This document shows, in pieces, positions 1 through 8,034 of a stretch of DNA of 64,000 bases. The stretch comes from a virus. Taxonomy: Duplodnaviria; Caudoviricetes. Every line of letters starts with the position of its first letter. The stretch's first letter is position 1. The DNA lies in IMG/VR virus record IMGVR_UViG_3300044655_001017; one strand, 5' to 3'. The translations under genes and the position numbers were made by a program. The notes under the pieces were generated by a model. It worked only from the letters and a program-made list of their open reading frames with translations. It had not been told where the DNA came from and made no database searches.

Positions 1-87
1 AAGTGGTATTTAAATCAATTACTCTCCATACTAACATAGCTAATACACCAAGCCATGCGATAAACATAAGAACCGTTAATGCTTTCA

Positions 88-1128
88 TTACATCACCATA
101 TTTAATTTGTAACCACACTCTCTTGCTTTAGCCCTGGCTTTAGATATAGCCTGGGTCTTAGAATCACCTGTAAAGTAGAACTTATCCATACTAACTTGGT
201 TGGGCACAGGTACATATAGTTTAACTGTGTACCCAGATGTTGAGTGTCTAATAACTTCTGCGTCTACTGGAATCATGCGTCAACCTCACTATCTAATTCG
301 TAGTTCAATTCAAACAACTCGTTAGCTAACACTTCCTTAAAGTTTTGATACTTGTCATTTTCACTTGTGTTAATGTGAAAGTCAAAGTAATCTGCACGTC
401 CGGGTTGGCTTTCAATTTTACGATCACCAATCTTAATGCTAAAGATGTTGTAGCTACCTTGGAAGTTAAAGCCCACACGTCCGTACTCTGTTAAGTCATC
501 TGGACGTTGAATGCTCCAATAACCCATGTTGCTAACTGATTTAACAGTTACTGGTTCAAACCCATACTTTTCAAATGTGTTGTGGATGTCAGTAGTGATT
601 TTATCTTGTATTGATGGCATAGTAAGCTCCACAGTTGTTTAAGTAAAAACATATTATAGCAAACTGCTATTGATAACGCAAGCGGTATTTAAATCAATAC
701 TCAATTGAACGTACAATGGTTACTTGATCGTCCATGCCAGTATTAAAGCGTTCTTCTTCGTTGTCATCCATATCTTCACCTATTCTAACATACTCGCCAT
801 ACAGTATAGAATCTTCATCGTCTGTATTTTCAGTATCCTCTTCTCCAATCTCTTTAGCTTTCTTAAAGATGGCCTTAAAGTAATCTACTAATGGATATCC
901 ATCGTACCATTTAACCCAGTGTGCAAAGAAGAAAAACGATGCTTCATCTTCATCATCTTCCCAAAGGCTACGATCTAAATTCTCTTCGGAATGAGCAATT
1001 AAGTTTCTAACATTTTCTTGTTGCTCATCGTCTAACTTAATCAACTCAGCATCAGCAAAGTCTTTTACCTTTTGTACTTTTTCTTTGTTACCATAGATCT
1101 TAATTGCAATGTCTGAACGATATCCCAT
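88..1128 (-). other. three small hypothetical early phage genes (88-276, 273-632, 694-1128)
   Basis: Co-oriented, tightly packed ORFs with GGAG Shine-Dalgarno sites behind repeated promoters; 694-1128 begins MGYRSDIAI, a start common in phage hypotheticals. Confidence 0.7.
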
Positions 1129-1209
1129 TGTGTACTCCTAGTTGTGTGTTAGTAAGTGCATAGTATAACAAACTATGCACTGGTATGCAAGTAGTTTTTA
1201 TATCAAAGT

Positions 1210-1286
1210 TGGCCTGCCTAACGGGACTTGAACCCATAGCCTTTCCCTTAGGAGGGGAACGCTCTGTCCATTTGAGCTATAGGCAG
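1210..1286 (-). tRNA. tRNA-Arg(CCT)
   Basis: Cloverleaf CTGCCTA/TAGGCAG acceptor, GCTC/GAGC D stem, TTCCC-CTCCTAA-GGGAA anticodon arm, TTCAAGT T loop, encoded CCA. Confidence 0.95.
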
Positions 1287-1919
1287 TTATCGTTTACTTG
1301 ATAAACGACTCATATTCATACTGCTAGATGTTCTAGGAGCAGGGGTACTTGGACGTGGTGCATAACTAGAGGACTGCGATAGCTTGTTCATATCCATTCC
1401 ACTTGCTCTCGGTGCCGCAGGGGCTGGAGCTTGTACTACTGGAGAAGGGGGTGGTGCAAACGATGTAGTAGGTGCTGCAGGGGCTGGATGGTTATTTACA
1501 ATAACTGTCTTATGCTCTACAATACGTTCAGCCGGTGCGCTATTACTGCCGCCATTAAACCCACCTGACAATGCGTGCCCAATCAACGCACCTGTAGCCA
1601 AGTTAGTTAAGGTGTTATCTTGATGTGGGGCTTGTACTACAACAGGAGCTGCAGGCTGTTGAATAACTTGAGGCTGCGGTGCATACTGTTGGGGTTGTTG
1701 GAATTGTTGTTGGATCTGGGCCTGTTGTACTTGTTGGGCCTGGAGCTGTTGGATCTGTGCTTGTTGCTCTTTCATCAGCCTGGCTTGCTTTTCTTCAGCA
1801 CTCTCGCCACAAGCCGTTAATGCCAACGCTGTTATAATAGCTAATGCCAATGTAGTTTGTTTCATAGTGTCTCCGTTATAGTAATGGGAATATAAACGCG
1901 TTGAGCAGTAAGAATACAC
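1287..1919 (-). CDS. putative lipoprotein, Gln/Pro-rich (likely start MKQTT near 1865)
   Basis: Signal peptide with lipobox LALTA-C, then Q-rich coiled coil and P/A-rich tail. Confidence 0.7.
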   Translation of the reverse strand: MYSYCSTRLYSHYYNGDTMKQTTLALAIITALALTACGESAEEKQARLMKEQQAQIQQLQAQQVQQAQIQQQFQQPQQYAPQPQVIQQPAAPVVVQAPHQDNTLTNLATGALIGHALSGGFNGGSNSAPAERIVEHKTVIVNNHPAPAAPTTSFAPPPSPVVQAPAPAAPRASGMDMNKLSQSSSYAPRPSTPAPRTSSSMNMSRLSSKR

Positions 1920-2091
1920 CGCCTACAATTAAGATAAATCCAAATACAATTTGGTTATCTAGTTTACACGTTTTATCTACTGACACTGGTTTAATGCCAG
2001 GCTTCATGTTCTCATGATTGTTACACCCTTGTCCGCAACATACCGGCTCTGCAGGTTTTGTTTTGTTTTTGTTAGTTTCTTTTAAGGCCAT
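1876..2091 (-). CDS. small hypothetical membrane protein
   Basis: C-terminal hydrophobic segment; directly behind a class A promoter cassette. Confidence 0.55.
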   Translation of the reverse strand: MALKETNKNKTKPAEPVCCGQGCNNHENMKPGIKPVSVDKTCKLDNQIVFGFILIVGGVFLLLNAFIFPLL

Positions 2092-2306
2092 GCTACTTGC
2101 TCCTGTGTTGTAAGTAAAAATATATTATAGCAAACTGTTATTGATGTGTAAAGAGTTTATACGCTCTTTTCGTTGAGTATTTAGCGCGTGTTGTGTTGTG
2201 TATAGTGTAGCATTAAACACAAAAATACCCGCGTTAAAACGCAGGTATCCTATGCTTTTTTTTGGAGTTTTTTGTTGTATGCTATGTTTTACACAGCATT
2301 GTAAGA

Positions 2307-2458
2307 GGTACTTGAGGCCGGACTCGAACCGTGCGTCTCCCCGGGCATGCAGGGCAGTTTGATTGTACCTGACTATATCGCGATTATAGTGTTAACAGCA
2401 CAATGGTTACTGGGTGCGTGCAAATAGCACCAACTCTAGCCAACTGAGTTACTCAAGT
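2307..2458 (-). ncRNA. tRNA-like RNA with a large internal insertion (152 nt)
   Basis: Acceptor ACTTGAG/CTCAAGT, D arm ACTC-AGTTGGCTA-GAGT, T loop TTCGAGT; two anticodon-like arms separated by about 58 nt. Confidence 0.6.
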
Positions 2459-2514
2459 ATAATTTGTGAACTAACGCCTCACGGTTTGATAAATAACATG
2501 AGGGAAATAAAAAT

Positions 2515-3210
2515 ATGAAATTATGTAAAGAATGTTCAACACCTGTTACAAAACGAGATAATATATTTTGTAACCGATCCTGTGCCGCAAAGTATAACAA
2601 CCGTTCAAAAGATTATTCAACATTTAAATCAGGACCACAAACATTAGAATCAAAATTAAAAACATCGTTGGTTAGACGTGCTATCAATAAACAGAAACGT
2701 TCATTAACAGGACCATCAAAAAATTATCTATATGTCACTTCACAAACTGCAATCAAAGAGGCCATTGCTAATAATATACCATACACTAAAGTTTATCTAT
2801 GTAACTGCAAAAAGACAAACATTACTTGGTATTCAACTTCATGGAAATGTGTACATCCTTCTGTAATACAATCAAAAAGTGAATATAGATATCAATGTCG
2901 TTTTAACTTTTCATTATCTCAATTTAAAGATTGGTTTGATTACTCATCTACACTAATTGAAACATATGGTTGGTATTCTGCATCCAACAAACATAATAAT
3001 CTATCCGGATGCTCTCGAGACCATATGTACTCAGTTAGTGATGGATATGCAAACAATGTCAGTCCTGCTATTATTTCACATCCTGCTAATTGCGAAATAA
3101 AACCACATCGTTTAAATCAATCAAAACATTCAATCTCCTCTATTACCTTAGAGGAGTTACATACTCGTATTGCCAAATTTGATAAACAATACGCTAATTG
3201 GAGGAACTAG
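2515..3210 (+). CDS. HNH homing endonuclease inserted in the tRNA cluster
   Basis: N-terminal Cys-rich CKEC...CNRSC; C-terminal SRDH...HPANC...NQSK HNH-like core; opposite strand to flanking tRNAs; late promoter ATAAATA at 2489-2495. Confidence 0.75.
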   Translation: MKLCKECSTPVTKRDNIFCNRSCAAKYNNRSKDYSTFKSGPQTLESKLKTSLVRRAINKQKRSLTGPSKNYLYVTSQTAIKEAIANNIPYTKVYLCNCKKTNITWYSTSWKCVHPSVIQSKSEYRYQCRFNFSLSQFKDWFDYSSTLIETYGWYSASNKHNNLSGCSRDHMYSVSDGYANNVSPAIISHPANCEIKPHRLNQSKHSISSITLEELHTRIAKFDKQYANWRN

Positions 3211-3273
3211 CCGAAGTTGCATCGGCACCGCAAGGTTTTGCAGACCTGCATACTGCTGTTATACTATAGTTCC
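3199..3273 (-). tRNA. tRNA-Cys(GCA)
   Basis: GGAACTA/TAGTTCC acceptor, CTGCAAA anticodon loop, encoded CCA; atypical T loop TGCAACT and D loop without GG. Confidence 0.8.
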
Positions 3274-3317
3274 ATTAAAAATGGCATGTCGCTGCCGACG
3301 ACATATAAAATGTATTA

Positions 3318-3393
3318 GGGGTGACTAGTGGGACTTGAACCCACAAAATCTCGAATCACAATCGAGGACGTCTACCAATTCCGTCATAGTCAC
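3318..3393 (-). tRNA. tRNA-His(GTG)
   Basis: GTGACTA/TAGTCAC acceptor, CTCGA-TTGTGAT-TCGAG anticodon arm, TTCAAGT T loop; ends CCT, so CCA not fully encoded. Confidence 0.92.
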
Positions 3394-3435
3394 ACCTAAT
3401 ACATCTTTAAAATTGTTATGTGATAAAACATTCTG

Positions 3436-3507
3436 TGCCTCCCCTCAGGATCGAACTGAGATAGTAGAAATTATGAGTTTCCTGCATTACCTTTATGCTA
3501 AAGAGGC
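3436..3507 (-). tRNA. tRNA with CAT anticodon (elongator Met or Ile2)
   Basis: GCCTCTT/GGGAGGC acceptor, GGAAA-CTCATAA-TTTCT anticodon arm, TTCGATC T loop; no encoded CCA. Confidence 0.9.
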
Positions 3508-3648
3508 ACAGAATGTTCTAAAATAATCTTTGTAATCTATTTAGTTTTAAAAATAATGACGCCTACTTGATTAGAGTAGTTTAAAAGATGCAGTTCAATT
3601 CAATCAGGTATCACCTGCACTGCACCCTTACGTCATTTGTACTACTTT

Positions 3649-6600
3649 TTAGAAAGGTTGATCTTCTGTATCAACTTCTTCTTCAGCAACTGCATCTTCA
3701 TATACAGTTGGAGGAACAAGCCCTACTGACTCATACAAGTCAGTTAAGTCAACTGGAGTCTCTACAAGATCCTCAACTACCTCAGCTACTGCTTTTTTAA
3801 CTTTGGGCTCTTTAGGAGCTTTAGCTGGTTTTGGTGGCTTAGGAGATTTAGCTGATAAGAAGTCATCAAACGCTCGTTGTGCATCAATGTCCTCGTACTC
3901 TGCTAAGTCCTTAATAGCCTCAATTGCTTGTGCTTTTGTCATCGCAGACCCTAACTCCATTAAGCGGATGTCTGTGTGATGATTTTGCACTAATGTTTTC
4001 ACACGATCAATGTTGTTAGCAAAGCGAGCCTTGTACTCACCTTTTAAGCAAGATACCCCTGCAACAGTAAATGTTTTTTCCGCAGTTGTAGTAGCAGGAA
4101 CTGTAGATTCAATAGTTGTAGTCATTTTGTACACTCCTAAATAAAATTAAAAAAGTAAAGCAATTTAAAAAAACATATTATAGCAAATTAAAACTGACTT
4201 GTAAAGAACTATTTACATCAGCTACCCCAACAAATAGTTGTTACAGGGTCATCGCTAACAAATTCAAACTCTGTGTCAAACCCAAGTTCTTCATAATGAC
4301 GATCGATGTTTTCTATAACATAGTCTAATATTTCTTGTGTCTGTGCTTCAACGTACACTGTATCTTTACCTTTAGTGTGCCGCCATACGCCAACATGGTG
4401 AACAACATCAACTTCACCGGATGTGTGGCCGTTTTCAGCTTTTAGTTTAATTACTCCGTTTATACGAGCAATCACAGACTCTGTTAGTTTCTCTATCATA
4501 ATAGCTTGAACCTCGCGGCCGAGTTCGATTGCTTGTATTGCAGTAAGTTCATTTAACATATTACGCTCCGCAGTTTGTGTAAGTAAAAACATATTATAGC
4601 AAACTTATTTTGGTGTTGCAAGTAGTAATTACTTCACTATTACTCTCCTAGTTTAAGTTCGTTATCATAGTCGTCATACCAACAGGTGTTACTGCTGTAT
4701 GGAGTATCCTTGGCTGGTATGATTAGGTCTTGCCAATCTCTACTGCCTTCTGTCGGAACGGTTACGCTTGCATCAGCAGGAAGAGTTTGTAGGTATTCAA
4801 TTAGTTGGGCCACAGTTGTCATATCGCGCTCCTAGTGTGTTAAGTTGTGCATAGTATCACAAACTATGCGCAGGTAATTACATCTCAACCCATCCAAATG
4901 AGTCACATAAGTAATCAGTACCATCAACTTCTACTACATCGCCCACTGACACTGAACGATGTCTTCCATAAAATCTATTACGATCTTCTTCGCGACTTGG
5001 ATTGTTAGTTAAGTCAAACGCCTCTTCAGCTGCTTCAATGCCAGCTTCAGTCAATGTGATTGGGTAGTGTTGAGTGTATAATGGCAACCAGGCTTTAGCA
5101 TACTTAACTTTATTTTCCGCAAAGTAGAGTTCTGCGAGTAGTTTAGTTGGGGCAAGTTTAATAATAACTTTTGACATTGTGCGCTCCGCATTGCTTGTTA
5201 GTAAGCGCATAGTATAACAAACTATGCGCTGGTTTGCAAGTGATTTTTAATTAGTAATAGAACCGTCTCGTGCAATCTGTATCTTTAAAACGTTCTTCGT
5301 AATCATCCGGAACACCATGCGTTGTGCCCGGTATATTGCGTATTCCTGGACGTACACCTTCTGGGCAATCAACACTAAACAAGTAATTGAATCCTCTGTA
5401 ATTACCTGAGTCATGTAATACACGTTCAATCATTAAAATGATGCCATTGCGCCATGGTTCGTTGCCATGATCTGCTTTGAGCATTTCATTTGCATAGAGT
5501 CTTAATTCCTCTACGTTTACTGTTTTTCTTGACTTTGGCATAGTGCGCTCCGCATTGCTTGTTAGTAAGCGCATAGTATAACAAACTATGCGCTGAATTG
5601 CAACTGTTTATTAATCGCAACGTTTCCGAGCACTCTGTTTACAAAGTCTTGAGCGTCTTCGTCTACTTTTGTCAAGATGTAGCCGGAGCCGTCAACTAAG
5701 TCTATATAACATACTTGAGCGTTGATGCCTGCAATTTTTAATGCTTCATTCATCTTGCTAAAAGCATACTCTGCACCGGCTGTAAAGGCGTCTATCTCTT
5801 CTTCTGTTACGTCTTCATAGCCGTAAACTGCCATGTCTTCTTCAACAGTTTCAAAGTCATATACAATTGACTTGTTGATTTCATCCCAGACTGCACGATC
5901 CTCTGGATCAAAGTAATCGCCATCGCTAAGATCAAGTTCAGGGAAGTTATAAGTAGTAGACATTTTGTAAGCTCCGTAATTGTTTAACTAAAAACATATT
6001 ATAGCAAAGTGCTTGCTGGATTGCAAGTGATTTTTAAATCTTATTTCAAAATTGTTTTGAGATTATCAAAGTCAATATCTCTAAATCGAATTGCGTATTG
6101 ATCGTGAGTTTCTTCATTGTAGCAATAGACCATTTCTTCATCAAATGGTACTGCTTCAATAATACACCAATCACCATTTATCTTAGCTTTGGCTGCGGCT
6201 TGCAATAGTTGTCTAAGTTCTTTATTCTTGTTAACCAACCCTTGAAAGTGTTCTTTGTGAATGTTAAGTGGCATACTATTCGTCCTCTTCGTTGTCGTCT
6301 TCATCTTCATCTGGAGGTAAGTCAGCTAATGTTAGCACACCCTCTGAATACCAATCATACATCCAACTGTATTGTTGCTGTTTGATAAACAACTTAGCAG
6401 CTTCAGGTGAATCAAATATTCCACAGCTACGATCACCTTCGCCGGAACCATCATTGTAGTAAACTGGAAAAACTTTCATGCTATCTCCTCTAACATCATC
6501 TCAACTTCTTCTGCGTAAGCGTTTGGACGCTCTTCTTTCAACTCGTTACATCTTGGACATTCTTGTATAGCAACGTGATGTATCCAGTTAGTTAATTCGC

Positions 6601-6709
6601 CAGGGCAACTACATTCCCAGTAGCTAAAATTTAGTGTTATACCGTAGCAATGTTCTAATACTTCGCCACGGTTATTGAAACTGTAAGTTAAAGACATTGT
6701 GCGCTCCAA
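3649..6709 (-). other. run of nine hypothetical early genes (3649-4134, 4218-4592, 4640-4822, 4878-5210, 5251-5574, 5586-5963, 6041-6310, 6276-6479, 6476-6709)
   Basis: Co-oriented acidic small ORFs, most with their own promoter-leader repeat; several called N-termini wrongly extend into the promoter repeat. Confidence 0.7.
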
Positions 6710-6763
6710 ACTTTATTAAGTAAAAACATATTATAGCATTTACAGCGGGGTGTGTAAAGAAGT

Positions 6764-7012
6764 TTATATATCACGTACTGGAAGTGCAACATAAAAGGTA
6801 TCTATCATATGTAAATAGTCTTCGTTATCACCTAACGCCCACGGACTAATATCTGGAGCATAGCGTTGCCACTCAATATCTGTCGGCATTCGCCATCCTG
6901 TACTTCCCTCTTGATTATAAAAGAAACAGTACAAAACGGCTTCGTCATATGTCATTGGGTTTTCACTCGGAATACCAAGTTGAATAGTACATGGCGCATT
7001 AACTTCGATCAT
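6764..7012 (-). CDS. WRLPT/DUF1566-like mini protein
   Basis: YDEAVLYC...GWRMPT...LPVRDI. Confidence 0.75.
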   Translation of the reverse strand: MIEVNAPCTIQLGIPSENPMTYDEAVLYCFFYNQEGSTGWRMPTDIEWQRYAPDISPWALGDNEDYLHMIDTFYVALPVRDI

Positions 7013-7039
7013 AATTCCTCCTACGCGTACAGCGGGGCC

Positions 7040-7252
7040 TTAGCAATCTTTCACTAATTTAAGATAGCCGTTTCTTATGTTTGGATTTGACTGTTCTACA
7101 TCTGATTGATCCCAACAAAACTTTAAGCTCTCGTAATGGTCAATGTACTCTTGTTCTGTAGGAAGCCGCCATCCTGGGGTCATAAAGGCAATCATAACGG
7201 CTTCATCAATCGTTACTAGATTTGGAAATTGTTTACCAATCTCAACTGCCAT
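7040..7252 (-). CDS. WRLPT/DUF1566-like mini protein
   Basis: IDEAVM...GWRLPTEQE...LVKDC. Confidence 0.7.
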   Translation of the reverse strand: MAVEIGKQFPNLVTIDEAVMIAFMTPGWRLPTEQEYIDHYESLKFCWDQSDVEQSNPNIRNGYLKLVKDC

Positions 7253-7310
7253 TAATAGATCTCACAGGGATTGTAGTAAACTGATCATCACAAAAACTAA
7301 ATGTTTCATA

Positions 7311-7748
7311 TTAAACCTCATCTTCTTCAGTTTCCCATTCCTCCCACCAATCGTATGTAACGTCGTATCCCTGCTGGCGTAATGCTTTGTAAATGCCAGT
7401 AGGTGGACACCATGCAGTTTCAAACTCTAATACAATCTCGCCATCATCATCTGTGTACAATGGTGCTTGTTCATTTGTAATGGCTTCCCATTTTGTACCC
7501 CAATTTTCTACACGCCATTCATAAGATGTGCTGTAACCATATTGCTTACGATTTTCTGCTTGTTCTTTTTCCATAGCAGCTTGCTTTACTGGGTCAGCAT
7601 AACGACCAGACGGTGTGTTAAGTAATCCTGCCGGACATGGTAGAATAGTGTTGAACAAGTTGCGTTCTTGATATGCAGTATCAAGTAGTGCAAGTTTAGC
7701 TGGATCAGAGTGTCTAATGATGGCTCTGTTGTTTACATAATTTGGCAT
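7311..7748 (-). CDS. DUF1281/YubB-like ferredoxin-fold phage protein
   Basis: MPNYVNN...WRVENWGTKWEA...FETAWCPP motifs. Confidence 0.65.
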   Translation of the reverse strand: MPNYVNNRAIIRHSDPAKLALLDTAYQERNLFNTILPCPAGLLNTPSGRYADPVKQAAMEKEQAENRKQYGYSTSYEWRVENWGTKWEAITNEQAPLYTDDDGEIVLEFETAWCPPTGIYKALRQQGYDVTYDWWEEWETEEDEV

Positions 7749-7815
7749 AGTGCGCTCCGCGTGTGTTTAAGTAAAAAACATATTATAGCAAAGTTGCATT
7801 TGGTTGTAAAGAAGT

Positions 7816-8034
7816 TTATATATCTCGTACCGAAATTATCAACCATGTTTCATCAGGATCGTCTTTTAAGGTATCATCTTGATACCAGCTGCTGGTAAGT
7901 TCATAATATTCATCGTACTCATCCCCTGTTGGCATACGCCATCCCTTCTTGCTATCTTGAGAATAGAAGAAGCAGTACATGACTGCTTCATCATATGACA
8001 TCATTCTGTTGGATTCATAGCCAAGTTCAATCAT
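7816..8034 (-). CDS. WRLPT/DUF1566-like mini protein
   Basis: YDEAVMYC...GWRMPT...SVRDI. Confidence 0.75.
   Translation of the reverse strand: MIELGYESNRMMSYDEAVMYCFFYSQDSKKGWRMPTGDEYDEYYELTSSWYQDDTLKDDPDETWLIISVRDI

Larger units (their letters stand above)
1155..5603 (-). promoter_or_regulatory. class B promoters with a 10-bp inverted repeat over the -10 box (4 copies: 1155-1181, 4846-4872, 5204-5230, 5568-5594)
   Basis: TTGCAA-17-TATACT with AG(C/T)GCATAGT-7nt-ACTATGC(G/A)CT. Confidence 0.85.

Noticed and set aside
2307-2458. tmRNA or group I intron-containing tRNA
   Set aside because: Too short, retains a D stem, no G3:U70 pair, no tag ORF, and the insert lacks room for a ribozyme core.
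3335-3526. 63-aa ORF on the plus strand
   Set aside because: It lies antisense over tRNA-His and tRNA-CAT.
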